From Gammaproteobacteria bacterium (GTDB lineage Bacteria; Pseudomonadota; Gammaproteobacteria; JBCCGL01), in contig OZ255836.1 in the NCBI GenBank assembly GCA_965277715.1, positions 1,696,001 through 1,760,000 on the forward strand: DNA of 64,000 nt, in the 5' to 3' direction. The notes beneath the pieces are model-generated. The model was not told the origin of the DNA and ran no database searches. It was given only the letters and a program-made list of their open reading frames with translations. Within the stretch, counting starts at the first letter, position 1, and each line of letters begins with the position of its first letter. Both the position numbers and the translations under genes were made by a program. This document shows, one piece after another, positions 18,808 to 30,557 of the stretch.

Positions 18808-18823
18808 TGGCACCTATCTTGCT
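18808..18823 (+). promoter_or_regulatory. Sigma-54 (-24/-12) promoter of pilA
   Basis: TGGCAC-N5-TTGCT with canonical GG/GC spacing. Confidence 0.9.
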
Positions 18824-18917
18824 TATCCACTATTAAGGTTATATAAAAGCGGCCAATGCTGTTCATAACCGAACACAAAACTTACTTTATCAACACTACC
18901 TATCCGGAGATTTGAAA

Positions 18918-19391
18918 ATGAAGAGAACCCAGCAAGGTTTTACCCTTATTGAGCTAATGGTTACCGTTGCAATTGTCGGTATTTTATCAGCAGTAGCAAT
19001 ACCTTCTTATCAAGGCTACACTACTCGCGCAAAAATAACTGAAGGCTTGGCCATAGCTGATGGCATCAAGAAAGAACTGACTATTGGCCTTGCTGAAAAC
19101 GGCATGACAAGAGTTGATTCTATAGCAGATGTATTTAATACTGACGTAACAGCAGGTAACGTACTTACTGACATTGTAACTGCTGCATCTGTCTCTGATA
19201 CCACCGGAGTAATCAGTATAACTTTCGGTGGAATACCTGCTCTTGGACCAACTAACAATGTCATCACTTTTGTTCCTCAAATCGGTGGTCAAGCTATATC
19301 CGTTACCAATGATACGGGCTCAGTTAGATGGAATTGCGCTACAGCAACAACATTAGTTGAAGATAAATATTTACCCAGTGATTGCCAATAG
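18918..19391 (+). CDS. pilA: Type IVa major pilin
   Basis: QQG|FTLIELM prepilin site, hydrophobic helix, C-terminal cysteine pair; start could also be TTG at 18912. Confidence 0.96.
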   Translation: MKRTQQGFTLIELMVTVAIVGILSAVAIPSYQGYTTRAKITEGLAIADGIKKELTIGLAENGMTRVDSIADVFNTDVTAGNVLTDIVTAASVSDTTGVISITFGGIPALGPTNNVITFVPQIGGQAISVTNDTGSVRWNCATATTLVEDKYLPSDCQ

Positions 19392-19466
19392 AACCCGGTA
19401 TCAAGTGCACAGCTCTTTTGATATATTATATAAGTTAATAAATTTTTAACCAAAAGATTACAAGTT

Positions 19467-19504
19467 AAACACCAGTTGGTATAAATACCAACTGGTGTTT
19501 TTTT
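19467..19504 (+). terminator. Intrinsic terminator after pilA
   Basis: aaacaccagttggtat-aa-ataccaactggtgttt followed by a T run. Confidence 0.85.
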
Positions 19505-19684
19505 GAAGGCGCAAGAATAGAGGTAAAAGGCCAAACCAGAGTGACGCTTCTTAAAGCACAAGTACATGAAAATAGCTAATAAATATTACGCGACGAGGCA
19601 TAAGGAACACGAGTAAAAGTTTTCCTATTGTGTATACTTTACAAGCACTTATCCATTACTTAACAGCAAAAAGTATATACTAAT

Positions 19685-21403
19685 ATGGCAACACCCGCCT
19701 CAAAACCCCTACTTAACGGCTTACCCAAAAGGTTGGTACAAGACAACCTTATGTCCGAGAAAGACGCATTGGCGGCAGTTGCTGATGCGCAAAAAAAACA
19801 ACAGAAGTTTGTTTCCATCGCGATTAACGATTATCACGTAGCGGCTAATGACTTGGCCTATACCGCAGGCCAGGAATTTGGTCTGCCCGTATTTGATCTC
19901 AGTGCCTTTACTCCAGATAACTTACCCAAAGAACATCTTAACGAGACGTTAATCAACAAACACCGCGCTCTGCCTCTCTCCAAAAAAGGCACTCGTCTCT
20001 ATATCGGCATCTCCGATCCGACCAATGTTACCGCATTGGATGAGTTCAAATTCTATACCGGTCTGACCAGCGAACCTGTATTGGTCGAAGACAACAAGCT
20101 CGACAATGCCATTCAGCAGGCACTCAACCAGCAGGATGATGGGTTTAGTGACAGTATAGATGAAGACCTGGAAGACCTTGATATTACCTTTGAGGATGAC
20201 GCAGATCAGCAGGATGAAGCTACCGATGTTGCCGGTATAAACGATACCCCTATAGTACGTTTTGTAAATAAAGTACTGCTGGATGCTATCAATCGAGGCG
20301 CTTCCGATATTCATATCGAACCCTATGAAAAGCTATTTCGCATTCGCTACCGGATCGATGGCGTACTTGAGGCGGTGGCCCAACCACCATTGAATATGGC
20401 TTCACGCCTTATCGCACGGGTAAAAGTAATGTCACGTATGGATATTTCCGAGCGACGGGTGCCACAGGATGGCCGTATCAAACTAAAAATTTCCCGTAAT
20501 CGCGCCATCGACTTTCGGGTTAATACCTGCCCCACGCTGTTTGGCGAAAAAATTGTATTGCGTATTCTCGACCCCACCAGCGCTCAGCTCGGTATCGAAG
20601 TGCTGGGGTACGAGGACGACCAGAAAGACCTATACCTTAAAGCACTGAAAAACCCCTATGGCATGATCCTGGTAACTGGCCCCACAGGCAGTGGTAAAAC
20701 CGTTTCGCTCTACACAGGATTGAATATTTTAAACGAACCAGAAATCAATATTTCCACGGCGGAAGACCCTGCCGAAATCAATATGCCGGGGATCAATCAG
20801 GTCAACGTCAACACCCGGGTGGGTCTCACCTTCGCCGAGGCGCTCAAGTCTTTTTTACGCCAGGACCCGGATGTAATTATGGTCGGCGAGATCCGCGACC
20901 TAGAAACCGCCAGCATCGCCATCAAAGCGGCACAAACCGGGCATTTAGTACTCTCCACATTGCACACCAATGATGCCCCGCAAACGCTGACCCGACTAGT
21001 CAATATGGGCGTACCACCGTTTAATATTGCTACCGCTGTATCACTTATTATCGCCCAGCGATTGGCCCGGCGTTTATGTGATCACTGTAAAGTGGTTGAA
21101 AACATTCCAACCGACATCCTGCTGCAAGAAGGGTTTACAAAACCCGAATTGGATAACCTAAAAGTATACGGGCCAACCGGGTGTAGCCGATGCACCAAAG
21201 GATATAAGGGTCGTGTTGGTATCTATCAAGTTATGCCGGTTTCTGATGAAATTGGCCGTATTATTATGTCGGGTGGTAACTCAATTGATATCGCCGATCA
21301 AGCAGTAAAGGAAGGTGTCGATGACCTGCGCCGCTCGGCACTAAAAAAAGTCAAAGCTGGTGTGTTAAGCCTTGAAGAAGCCAACCGGGTAACCAAAGAA
21401 TAG
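19685..21403 (+). CDS. pilB: Type IV pilus assembly ATPase
   Basis: ASDIHIEP, GPTGSGKT, LRQDPD, STLHTN, CDHC...CSRC. Confidence 0.97.
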   Translation: MATPASKPLLNGLPKRLVQDNLMSEKDALAAVADAQKKQQKFVSIAINDYHVAANDLAYTAGQEFGLPVFDLSAFTPDNLPKEHLNETLINKHRALPLSKKGTRLYIGISDPTNVTALDEFKFYTGLTSEPVLVEDNKLDNAIQQALNQQDDGFSDSIDEDLEDLDITFEDDADQQDEATDVAGINDTPIVRFVNKVLLDAINRGASDIHIEPYEKLFRIRYRIDGVLEAVAQPPLNMASRLIARVKVMSRMDISERRVPQDGRIKLKISRNRAIDFRVNTCPTLFGEKIVLRILDPTSAQLGIEVLGYEDDQKDLYLKALKNPYGMILVTGPTGSGKTVSLYTGLNILNEPEINISTAEDPAEINMPGINQVNVNTRVGLTFAEALKSFLRQDPDVIMVGEIRDLETASIAIKAAQTGHLVLSTLHTNDAPQTLTRLVNMGVPPFNIATAVSLIIAQRLARRLCDHCKVVENIPTDILLQEGFTKPELDNLKVYGPTGCSRCTKGYKGRVGIYQVMPVSDEIGRIIMSGGNSIDIADQAVKEGVDDLRRSALKKVKAGVLSLEEANRVTKE

Positions 21404-21405
21404 AT

Positions 21406-22635
21406 ATGGCAGCAAAAAAGGCCAATAACACCAAAAACTTCACTTTTTACTGGGAAGGTAAAGACCGTGCTGGCAGCAAAATCACCGGCGCTATTGAAAG
21501 CACCAGCCAGGCCATTGTTAGAGCACAGTTGCGTAAACAGGGCATCACTCCGCTAAAAATGCGTAAAAAGTCACAATCACGCAGCAACGCTGGTGGAAAG
21601 AAAATAACCGCTACTGATATCGCAATTTTTTCTCGCCAGCTAACCACTATGCTATCAGCAGGTATACCGATGGTACAATCCTTTGAAATTGTTGCCGACG
21701 GACTGGATAACAAGTCAATGCGAAAATTAGTACTAGAGGTAAAGGCAGATGTTGAATCTGGTAGCAACCTTGCTACCGCTATGCGCAAACACCCCAATCA
21801 GTTTGATGATTTGTTTTGCAGCCTGGTGGCAGTGGGGGAGCAGTCGGGCACACTTGAAGCTCTGCTAAATGAAATTGCCGTCTACAAAGAAAAAACCGAG
21901 GCATTAAAAGCAAAAATAAAAAAAGCCATGTTTTACCCAATAGCGGTAATGATCATTGCCTTTTGCGTCACTGCTATTTTATTGATTTTTGTCGTACCCC
22001 AGTTTGAAACACTGTTCAATAATGCCGGTTCTGATTTACCTGCATTTACACAGTTCGTTGTTAGCTTATCTGAATTTCTCCAAGCCTGGTGGTACATTAT
22101 ATTTGGCGTGATAGTTGGCACGGTGTTCGCGTTGCTTCACCTTAAAAAAACCTCTAAAAGTTTTTCTGCAACCTTGGATAAACTATCACTCAAACTACCT
22201 GTAGTGGGCGATTTACTGGGTAAAGCAGCCACCGCCCGATTTACCCGCACACTGTCAACTATGTCCGTCGCTGGTGTACCGTTAGTTGAAGCCATGGATT
22301 CAGTGGCCAGCACCGCTGGAAACGCCTTATATTATGATGCCATTATGCAAGTTAGAGATGAAATAGCCACAGGGCAGCGACTACAGCGGGCGCTCCGACA
22401 AACAGGTTTATTCTCCAGCATGGTGATACAAATGGTCGCTATCGGTGAAGAGTCAGGTGCGCTCGATAAAATGCTGGCTAAAGTAGCAGAATACTACGAA
22501 GAGGAAGTCGATAATGGTGTCGATAGCCTCACCAGCTTGATGGAACCTATGATCATGGCGTTTTTGGGGATCGTTGTGGGCGGCTTAGTCGTCGCTATGT
22601 ACCTGCCTATATTCAAACTGGGCGATTCATTTTGA
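21406..22635 (+). CDS. pilC: Type IV pilus platform protein
   Basis: FSRQLTTMLSAG, KIKKAMFYP, GEESGALD, MYLPIF. Confidence 0.97.
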   Translation: MAAKKANNTKNFTFYWEGKDRAGSKITGAIESTSQAIVRAQLRKQGITPLKMRKKSQSRSNAGGKKITATDIAIFSRQLTTMLSAGIPMVQSFEIVADGLDNKSMRKLVLEVKADVESGSNLATAMRKHPNQFDDLFCSLVAVGEQSGTLEALLNEIAVYKEKTEALKAKIKKAMFYPIAVMIIAFCVTAILLIFVVPQFETLFNNAGSDLPAFTQFVVSLSEFLQAWWYIIFGVIVGTVFALLHLKKTSKSFSATLDKLSLKLPVVGDLLGKAATARFTRTLSTMSVAGVPLVEAMDSVASTAGNALYYDAIMQVRDEIATGQRLQRALRQTGLFSSMVIQMVAIGEESGALDKMLAKVAEYYEEEVDNGVDSLTSLMEPMIMAFLGIVVGGLVVAMYLPIFKLGDSF

Positions 22636-22648
22636 TTTCACGCATCTA

Positions 22649-23524
22649 ATGAGCGTAATAACACTATTCAATGACTCGCCTGGGTTATTATTAATTCTGG
22701 CATTACTTATCGGCTTAAGCATCGGTAGTTTTCTCAATGTCGTTATCCACCGTTTGCCCATAATGATGGAAAAACGCTGGCACAATGAATGCGCAAATCT
22801 AATAGCAACAGAAACAACCGGAACAACTCAAGAACAAGCAACCTATAACCTTCTTGTACCACGTTCCCGCTGCCCAGGGTGTGACGCACAAATTACCCCC
22901 CTGCAGAATATTCCCGTTATCAGTTGGCTGTTTCTTCGTGGTCGATGTGCAAACTGCCAGGCACGGATATCCATCCAATACCCTGCTATTGAAATAGTGA
23001 CCGCTATTCTAAGCGTAGTAGTGATATGGCACTTTGGCGTCACAGCACAATCAATCGCCGCACTTGTGTTCACCTGGACACTCATCGCGCTCAGTGCCAT
23101 CGATTTCAAAACCACTCTGCTACCAGACGACCTGACACTCCCTTTACTATGGCTGGGTTTGTTATGTAATACGCTGGGGCTTTTTACTGATCTGAACTCA
23201 GCCGTAATAGGTGCAGTATTAGGTTACCTGGTACTCTGGTTGGTATACCATGCCTTTCGCCTGATTACTGGCAAGGAAGGTATGGGTTACGGCGATTTTA
23301 AATTACTTGCCGCGCTGGGTGCATGGCTCGGTTGGCAGCAACTGCCATTGGTTATTTTATTGTCTTCCCTGCTCGGCGCTATCGTGGGAATCGGCCTGAT
23401 TATCGTGCGCGGTAGAGATAAAAACATTCCTATACCGTTTGGCCCTTATTTGGCTGGTGCCGGTTGGATTGCACTATTATGGGGTGAGCAGATTATGCAT
23501 TATTACCTGCAACTCAGCGCCTGA
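22649..23524 (+). CDS. pilD: Prepilin peptidase/N-methyltransferase
   Basis: GSFLNVVIHRLP, two CxxC motifs, GMGYGDFKL, PFGPYL. Confidence 0.97.
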   Translation: MSVITLFNDSPGLLLILALLIGLSIGSFLNVVIHRLPIMMEKRWHNECANLIATETTGTTQEQATYNLLVPRSRCPGCDAQITPLQNIPVISWLFLRGRCANCQARISIQYPAIEIVTAILSVVVIWHFGVTAQSIAALVFTWTLIALSAIDFKTTLLPDDLTLPLLWLGLLCNTLGLFTDLNSAVIGAVLGYLVLWLVYHAFRLITGKEGMGYGDFKLLAALGAWLGWQQLPLVILLSSLLGAIVGIGLIIVRGRDKNIPIPFGPYLAGAGWIALLWGEQIMHYYLQLSA

Positions 23525-23525
23525 T

Positions 23526-24131
23526 ATGCTGCGAGTCGGTTTAACCGGCGGGATTGCCTGCGGTAAAACCACTGTATCGACACTGTTTGGCCAGTATGGT
23601 GCCCCGATAGTCGATGCCGATGTGTTGGCGCGTGAAGCGGTGTTACCTGGAAGCGCAGGGCTAGCAGAAATAGTGGACCGTTTTGGCACGGGTGTACTGA
23701 CCGCCCAGGGAGCACTTGATCGCCTGGCGATGCGACAGCTAATATTTTCAGATCATCAGGCAAAACAGTATCTGGAAAATATTTTACACCCACGCATTCG
23801 ACAACAAATGGCACGTGCTATTCAACAGTTTAAAAGTAACGGCTATGCCTATTGCATCAGCGTTATCCCACTGTTGTTTGAAACCTCGCAGCAAGACACT
23901 GTCGACAGGGTCTTGGTCATAGACTGCGAGGAAGCCGTTCAGATTGCACGGATTATGGCGCGTGATGCATCAACCAGAGAGGAAGCGGAGCAAATACTTG
24001 CAGTGCAAATACCAAGAGCACAACGGATGGCACTCGCTGATGATTTGATTGAGAATAACCAAGGCCCTGATCAGCTTGAACAACGGGTTGCCGATTTGCA
24101 CAACCTATATTTAGCTTACAGCTCGTCATAA
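23526..24131 (+). CDS. coaE: Dephospho-CoA kinase
   Basis: GLTGGIACGKT, DADVLAR, HPRI, PLLFE. Confidence 0.95.
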   Translation: MLRVGLTGGIACGKTTVSTLFGQYGAPIVDADVLAREAVLPGSAGLAEIVDRFGTGVLTAQGALDRLAMRQLIFSDHQAKQYLENILHPRIRQQMARAIQQFKSNGYAYCISVIPLLFETSQQDTVDRVLVIDCEEAVQIARIMARDASTREEAEQILAVQIPRAQRMALADDLIENNQGPDQLEQRVADLHNLYLAYSSS

Positions 24132-24359
24132 AGGAACGAATAAAATGGCGCAAGCAGTAGTTTATAAAAATAGGTTCTTCGTAAATTATTGTAAAAATAC
24201 CATCAGTGTTCCAAAATTTTCCCTGTCGCCGCCGTTTTACGGGTGTTACAGGTGCGATTAAGGCACTATTTTACACGCCGGAAAAATATTAAATTAAACC
24301 AATATGTTAATTATATTGGCGTACTCAAATCGGATAAAATCAGGCTTATATGAATTGGG

Positions 24360-25307
24360 CTAATGTGTTCGAATCAACCGTTTCGGCGCCAAACGTGCCT
24401 CAGACGCACAAATACCAATACCGAGAAACCGCTGATCAGCACCATAAACCCGGTATAACAAGCCCGGTTTCTGCACCAAAGCAGTGGCCACCACCTGCCC
24501 CATCAACAAACTTTGTGCCTGCTGTACATCTAAGTGGACGGCTGAAAACGTAAGTGCCGTATCCTCTGCTAATAACAATGCGTCGATTGCCAGTTCGGAA
24601 GTAGTCGATACTTCAGTTGATTGCCGGTTACCTGGCAACAATGCTTCAAGTTGCTCAAAAGTGTACGTAGGAGCGTCGACAAAAGGCTGCACCCAGTTTC
24701 GGTGCAGTTTGGTAACATGGGCACCACAATGTAAAACAGCGCCAATATCGGCAACTAATGAGCGGATGTAAGTGCCCTTGGTGCATTCAACATAAAGGCT
24801 GAACCGGTTATTGTCGAAGTGCAGTAAATCGAGTTTCTTAATCGTGACACAACGGGCTTTTCGTTTGATCTCCTCCCCTTTTCGCGCCAGTTTATAAAGC
24901 GGTTGCCCGTTGTGTTTCAAGGCCGAGTACATAGGGGGTATTTGTTCGATAGCACCTCGAAACTGGCTCAGCGCAGTTTCGAGCATGGGCAGGTTGACAT
25001 CGACACATTCCACGCGGGTAATCACCTCGCCATCGGCATCACCGGTATTGGTCACTTCACCCAGTTGAGCGGTAACGGTATAGGCTTTATCTGAATCGAG
25101 CAGAAACCCGGCCATTTTCGTGGCTTCACCAAAACAAATCGGCAACATACCACTGGCGAGTGGGTCGAGGCTGCCCGTGTGACCGGCCTTGCGCGCATTA
25201 AAAAGGCGTGCAGCGCGCTGCAATGCTTTGTTTGAGGTAATGCCGACAGGCTTTTCTAACAATAGGATGCCGTTCAGATCGCGTCCGGTATGTTTTTTGC
25301 GCGCCAT
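24360..25307 (-). CDS. truB: tRNA pseudouridine 55 synthase
   Basis: KAGHTGSLDPLASG, QIPPMYSALK, KGTYIRSL. Confidence 0.97.
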   Translation of the reverse strand: MARKKHTGRDLNGILLLEKPVGITSNKALQRAARLFNARKAGHTGSLDPLASGMLPICFGEATKMAGFLLDSDKAYTVTAQLGEVTNTGDADGEVITRVECVDVNLPMLETALSQFRGAIEQIPPMYSALKHNGQPLYKLARKGEEIKRKARCVTIKKLDLLHFDNNRFSLYVECTKGTYIRSLVADIGAVLHCGAHVTKLHRNWVQPFVDAPTYTFEQLEALLPGNRQSTEVSTTSELAIDALLLAEDTALTFSAVHLDVQQAQSLLMGQVVATALVQKPGLLYRVYGADQRFLGIGICASEARLAPKRLIRTH

Positions 25308-25328
25308 TGGCTCACAAAATATCGGTAG

Positions 25329-25700
25329 CTAGTTGTCGTCGTTTGATTGATCGGATTGCACAGCGGCATCGATCAATCCAGACAAATGCTCACCCTGTTC
25401 AATCGATTCATCGTAGTAAAAGCGCAGTTGTGGCACTGAGCGCAGCGACATACGGCTGGCAAGTTGTGATCGCAAATAACCGCTGGCGCGCGCCAGTGCT
25501 GCCATCGAAGATTCGCGTTGCTCGTCACCCAGCACGGTAATATAGATTTTGGCAACCGATAAATCGCGTGACACATCCACCGCAGAGATAGTTAACAACG
25601 GCGATATGCCGGGGTCTTTAACCTGATTGCGCACCAACGATGACAATTCATGCTGAATCTGATCTGCAACACGGTAGCTGCGGGGAAAATCTTTACTCAT
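25329..25700 (-). CDS. rbfA: Ribosome-binding factor A
   Basis: RVADQIQ, VSRDLSVAK, PQLRFYYD. Confidence 0.96.
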   Translation of the reverse strand: MSKDFPRSYRVADQIQHELSSLVRNQVKDPGISPLLTISAVDVSRDLSVAKIYITVLGDEQRESSMAALARASGYLRSQLASRMSLRSVPQLRFYYDESIEQGEHLSGLIDAAVQSDQSNDDN

Positions 25701-25735
25701 TTTAATGCTAATGCCCAGGTTTGCAGTGGGTGAGC

Positions 25736-28303
25736 CTACAATGTGCGGGCCACTTCAGTACGTTCAAACACTTCAATATGGTCACCCGGCTGCACATCGG
25801 TGTAGTTTTTCACGGCTATACCGCACTCGATACCGGAACGCACTTCATTCATATCGTCTTTGAAGCGTCGCAATGATTCCAACTCACCCTCATAGATCAC
25901 AATGTTGTCACGCAATACGCGAATAGGCGAGCTACGACGCACAACACCATCAAGCACAATCGAGCCTGCCACCGCACCAAATTTTGGCGAGCGGAAGACA
26001 TCTTTGACCTGAGCTGTGCCAATAATTTTCTCTTTCACCTCAGGTGAAAGCATACCGCCCGCAGCCGCTTTTACCTGTTCAATAACATCGTAGATGACGC
26101 TGTGGTAGTGCAACCCGACTTCCTGTTCATTAATCACCTTGCGTGCCGAGCTCTCTGCACGCACATTAAAGCCAATCAGGATCGCATTGGATGCCACCGC
26201 CAAATTAACATCCGATTCGGTGATACCACCTACGCCACCACCAATCACGCGCACACTAATTTCATCGGTGGATAACCGTTCAAGTGAATCGCGCATCGCT
26301 TCAAAACTACCCTGCACATCGGTTTTGGCAACCACATTGAGCGTTTGCGTTTCAGTGCTGCCCATGGTGGAAAACATATCTTCCAGCTTGCTCGATTTGC
26401 GCGATGCCAAACGCACATCGCGCAGGCGATTTTGCCGCAAGGCGGCCAACTCACGCGCATCGCGTTCATCGGCGGCAACCAGCATTTCATCTCCCGCATC
26501 CGGCGTGCGCGACAAGCCCAGAACAGCGACAGGAATGGATGGGCCTGCACGTTCAACAGGGAGTGCGTTTTCATCAAACATAGCGCGAACGCGACCGTAT
26601 TCCGAGCCGCATATCATAATGTCGCCTTTCTTGAGTTGGCCACTCTGTACCAGAACAGTCGCCACAGGGCCGCGCCCTTTATCGAGGGTTGCCTCAATAA
26701 CAACACCCCGTGCGGGGCCATCGGGCATTGCCTGAAGTTCAAGTACCTCCGATTGCACCAAAATAGCATCCAACAAGTCCTCGACACCCTCTCCCGTTTG
26801 TGCAGAGAGGTGGACAAACATATGCTCACCACCCCAGTCTTCAGGAATAATCTCATGCGCCGCCAAACCATTTTTCACACGATCCGGGTCGGCATCAGGT
26901 TTGTCCATTTTATTAACGGCAACAATTACGGGTACACCCGCCGCTTTAGCATGCTGGATCGCTTCAACCGTTTGCGGCATCACACCATCATCGGCCGCGA
27001 CAATCAAAATAACAATATCGGTACACCTGGCACCTCGGGCACGCATGGCAGTAAACGCAGCGTGACCGGGGGTATCCAGGAAGGTGATCATGCCCTTGTT
27101 AGTTTCTACATGATAGGCACCGATATGCTGCGTAATGCCGCCCGCTTCACCCGCTGTAACATGCGTACGTCGAATATGGTCCAGTAATGAGGTCTTGCCG
27201 TGATCGACGTGCCCCATCACCGCCACAACCGGCGATCTGGGCACCCCGCCCTCAATATCGACAGGTGTACTGGTAAGCTTTTCAGCCAGGGCCAGCTCGG
27301 CGTCGTTATCCGCCTGCGCCACGGCATTATGACCCATCTCTTCAACAACTAGTGTGGCGGTATCCTGGTCAATCACTTGATTGATGGTTGCCATCACACC
27401 AATACCCATCATCACCTTGATAACTTCACTGGCTTTAACCGCCATCTTGTTAGCTAAATCGGCAACACTAATCGTTTCTGGTACGCTGATATCACGTACT
27501 ACCGGTTCAGTAGGTTTTTCAAAAACGTGGCGGGACTCCGTTGTCCAGGTCGGTTCACGACGAGCGCTACGGCCTTTCTTTTTGCGTTTGCCCGATTTTT
27601 CCTTGGCGACATGCAATTCATTACGGCCATAGCGGGTACCGCGATCATCGTCCTGGCTACTGCGGGATTTACCCGAGCGGGACTTACCGCCTCTGGCGTC
27701 AGTTTTAGCCGGTTTAGTCGGCTTGGCTGGTTCAGCTTTGCCCCTGGCCTGCTCTGCAGCCTGTTTAAGCGCAGTGGCGGCGGCAGCTTCAGCTTCCATT
27801 TTCAAACGCTCAACTTCTTCATTCGCCAGCCTGCTCGCCTCCTGCATGGCCGCTTGCCTGGCATCGTCCAGGCGTTTATTTTGTTCGGTCTCCTGGCGTT
27901 GGCGTTCCAGTTCCAGCGCCTCTTCCTGCTTGCGCCTGATTTCTTCCGGGTCCTCTTCGACAACCGGTGTTGGCTCTTCTATGGGTGTTTCGCTGGGGGC
28001 GGCGGCACGCTTCATGTAAGTCCGTTTACCACGCACCTCAACCGCCACTGTTTTCTTACCTGTGCCGGATAGCTTTACCGCGCCAATGCGTTTGCGTTTA
28101 AGGGTGATTTTTTTACTGCCATCGGCGCCTTTATCCTTACCGTGTGAACGGCGTAGCGAGTCGAGCAATTGCATCTTTTCATCATTGGTAACAACATCGT
28201 CATTACCTACCTTATTAATACCCGCATCGCGCAACTGTTCAAGTAGCTTATCTACTGGCGTCGCGACAACCTCGGCCAATTGCTTTACTGTTACGTCAGG
28301 CAT
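25736..28303 (-). CDS. infB: Translation initiation factor IF-2
   Basis: [25 protein letters not shown]. Confidence 0.98.
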   Translation of the reverse strand: MPDVTVKQLAEVVATPVDKLLEQLRDAGINKVGNDDVVTNDEKMQLLDSLRRSHGKDKGADGSKKITLKRKRIGAVKLSGTGKKTVAVEVRGKRTYMKRAAAPSETPIEEPTPVVEEDPEEIRRKQEEALELERQRQETEQNKRLDDARQAAMQEASRLANEEVERLKMEAEAAAATALKQAAEQARGKAEPAKPTKPAKTDARGGKSRSGKSRSSQDDDRGTRYGRNELHVAKEKSGKRKKKGRSARREPTWTTESRHVFEKPTEPVVRDISVPETISVADLANKMAVKASEVIKVMMGIGVMATINQVIDQDTATLVVEEMGHNAVAQADNDAELALAEKLTSTPVDIEGGVPRSPVVAVMGHVDHGKTSLLDHIRRTHVTAGEAGGITQHIGAYHVETNKGMITFLDTPGHAAFTAMRARGARCTDIVILIVAADDGVMPQTVEAIQHAKAAGVPVIVAVNKMDKPDADPDRVKNGLAAHEIIPEDWGGEHMFVHLSAQTGEGVEDLLDAILVQSEVLELQAMPDGPARGVVIEATLDKGRGPVATVLVQSGQLKKGDIMICGSEYGRVRAMFDENALPVERAGPSIPVAVLGLSRTPDAGDEMLVAADERDARELAALRQNRLRDVRLASRKSSKLEDMFSTMGSTETQTLNVVAKTDVQGSFEAMRDSLERLSTDEISVRVIGGGVGGITESDVNLAVASNAILIGFNVRAESSARKVINEQEVGLHYHSVIYDVIEQVKAAAGGMLSPEVKEKIIGTAQVKDVFRSPKFGAVAGSIVLDGVVRRSSPIRVLRDNIVIYEGELESLRRFKDDMNEVRSGIECGIAVKNYTDVQPGDHIEVFERTEVARTL

Positions 28304-28333
28304 TTTTATTCCTCTGATTTGACTGGTTTATTC

Positions 28334-29830
28334 TCACGCTTCTGCTTCGTCAAACCAGCGCTCACGCGCAGTCATAATTAATTTAGCGGCTTTCTCTTCA
28401 TCCATGTCTTCAACGACCATTAACTCATCTATCGATTGTTCGGCCAAATCGTCGAGGGTGGTAATGCCGACAGCGGCCATATAGTGTGCGGTCTCTTCAT
28501 CCATTCCCTGCATGTCAAGCAGCTCTTGTGTGGGTGCCTTATCGCCGATTTCCTCTTCGGTTGCAATCGCTTTGGTGAGTAGCGCATCGCGTGCACGACT
28601 GCGTAACTCTTCAACAATATCCTCATCAAACTCTTCGACATCGACGAGTTCCTGCTTGGGTACATAAGCGACCTCTTCGACACTGGTAAACCCTTCCTGC
28701 ACCAGAATCATCGCCACCTCTTCATCAACATCCAAATGCTGCTTAAACAATTCGACCGATTGCCTGGTCTCGCCTTCACTCTTTTCTTCCGCTTGCGCGG
28801 CATCCATCACATTCAATGTCCACCCGGTCAATTCGCTGGCAAGGCGCACATTTTGACCACCGCGCCCAATCGCCAGTGACAGTTTGTCCTCTTCAACGGC
28901 AATATCCATGCTATTGGATTCTTCATCGACAACAATCGAAATAACCTCGGCCGGTGCCATCGCGTTGACGACGTATTGCGCCGGGTTTTCATCCCACATA
29001 ATAATATCGATGCGCTCGCCCGCCAGTTCGTTCGATACCGTTTGCACTCGTGAGCCGCGCATACCGACGCAGGCACCCACCGGATCGAGGCGTGGCTCGT
29101 GTGATTGCACCGCAATTTTTGCACGCGAACCTGGATCACGTGCCGCGCCCATAATCTCGATTAGCCCCTGGCCGACTTCGGGCACTTCGAGCTTGAACAA
29201 CTCGGTTAAAAATGCCGGTGCCGTTCGGCTCACAAACAATTGTGGCCCCCGCACCTCTTCACGCACTTCGTTCAAATAGCCACGAATGCGGTCACCGGAA
29301 CGCACTGCCTCTCTTGGAATCATTTCCTCGCGGGAAATAAACGCTTCGGCATTACCACCGAGGTCAATATAGACGCCGTTGCGCTCCGTGCGCTTAACAA
29401 TACCCATGAGCAATTCACCAATGCGCTCCCGATAAGCATCGACAACCCGTGAACGCTCAGCCTCACGTACTTTTTGCACAATAACCTGTTTGGCGGCTTG
29501 TGCAGCGATGCGGCCAAATTCAACCGAATCGATAGGTTCTTCGGTAAAGTCACCGATTTGTATCTCCTCCTGATCCAAAGAGGCGGCGGAAAAGCTGATT
29601 TGTCGTGTGGGTGCTTCCTGCTCCTCGTCATCCGCCATTACTTCCCAGCGGCGAAACGTATCGTATTGGCCTGTCTGTCGATTAATAGCAACACGCACAT
29701 CGACATCGTAGGCGTATTTCTTTCGAGTAGCAGAGGCCAATGCCGATTCCAACGCCTGAAAAATGACTTCTTCTTCAACGCTTTTCTCGTTGGAGACAGC
29801 ATCCACAACCATCAAAATTTCTTTACTCAT
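28334..29830 (-). CDS. nusA: Transcription termination/antitermination factor NusA
   Basis: [33 protein letters not shown], acidic repeats. Confidence 0.98.
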   Translation of the reverse strand: MSKEILMVVDAVSNEKSVEEEVIFQALESALASATRKKYAYDVDVRVAINRQTGQYDTFRRWEVMADDEEQEAPTRQISFSAASLDQEEIQIGDFTEEPIDSVEFGRIAAQAAKQVIVQKVREAERSRVVDAYRERIGELLMGIVKRTERNGVYIDLGGNAEAFISREEMIPREAVRSGDRIRGYLNEVREEVRGPQLFVSRTAPAFLTELFKLEVPEVGQGLIEIMGAARDPGSRAKIAVQSHEPRLDPVGACVGMRGSRVQTVSNELAGERIDIIMWDENPAQYVVNAMAPAEVISIVVDEESNSMDIAVEEDKLSLAIGRGGQNVRLASELTGWTLNVMDAAQAEEKSEGETRQSVELFKQHLDVDEEVAMILVQEGFTSVEEVAYVPKQELVDVEEFDEDIVEELRSRARDALLTKAIATEEEIGDKAPTQELLDMQGMDEETAHYMAAVGITTLDDLAEQSIDELMVVEDMDEEKAAKLIMTARERWFDEAEA

Positions 29831-29874
29831 CGTCTAATAACCTTTACCGATTAATTCATACAGGCGAAGCGCTA

Positions 29875-30369
29875 TTACGCGCTGTGCTCCGCCAGGTTCC
29901 TGGACTTATACGCTTGTGCAGGGAGCACCAGGTTCGCATTATCAATTTTTTCCAGTGGAATAAAGTAATGCTCGCCATCAACCTCTATTTCTATCTCATT
30001 ATTCTGACAACCAATCAGTGGGCCTTTAAAGCGTCGCCTGCCCATTTGGGGTGTCAACAGTTTTAAAGCCACCTCAGTGCCACTAAAACGGATAAAATCT
30101 TTTTCATCAAACAGTGGGCGATCCAGGCCCGGTGAAGACACTTCCAGCGTATATGCTGTACTCAGTAAGTCCTCTACATCGAGCACTGCACTTAACTGTC
30201 GGCTGACTTCGGCGCAATCATCGACATCAATGCCCCGATCATTATCGATAAAAACACGCAGCACCATCTCGCCCTGCTCCTGACCATAACGCGCACCGAC
30301 AAATTCGTAATCAAGGCCGACAACCACTTGACCTACACAATTCCAAACATCCGGGGCAGCACGTTTCAT
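29875..30369 (-). CDS. rimP: Ribosome maturation factor RimP
   Basis: LRVFID, DDC, LEVSSPGLDRPL. Confidence 0.96.
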   Translation of the reverse strand: MKRAAPDVWNCVGQVVVGLDYEFVGARYGQEQGEMVLRVFIDNDRGIDVDDCAEVSRQLSAVLDVEDLLSTAYTLEVSSPGLDRPLFDEKDFIRFSGTEVALKLLTPQMGRRRFKGPLIGCQNNEIEIEVDGEHYFIPLEKIDNANLVLPAQAYKSRNLAEHSA

Positions 30370-30440
30370 AGCATTTCCAGCATCAAGAACCTATCGGATT
30401 CAAAACCGGAGATATCCGACACAAACATTTTTGAAGCTAA

Positions 30441-30470
30441 TAAAAAAGCCCCTATAGAGGGGCCTTTTTA
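30441..30470 (-). terminator. Intrinsic terminator between tRNA-Met and rimP
   Basis: Minus strand aaaaaggcccctctataggggctttttta. Confidence 0.75.
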
Positions 30471-30480
30471 TCAAAAAACT

Positions 30481-30557
<77 letters not shown>

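Noticed and set aside
26345-27187. 280-aa ORF antisense to infB, and similar long antisense ORFs over nuo, carB, ftsH and gshA
   Set aside because: Shadow frames of strongly conserved genes with no recognisable motifs
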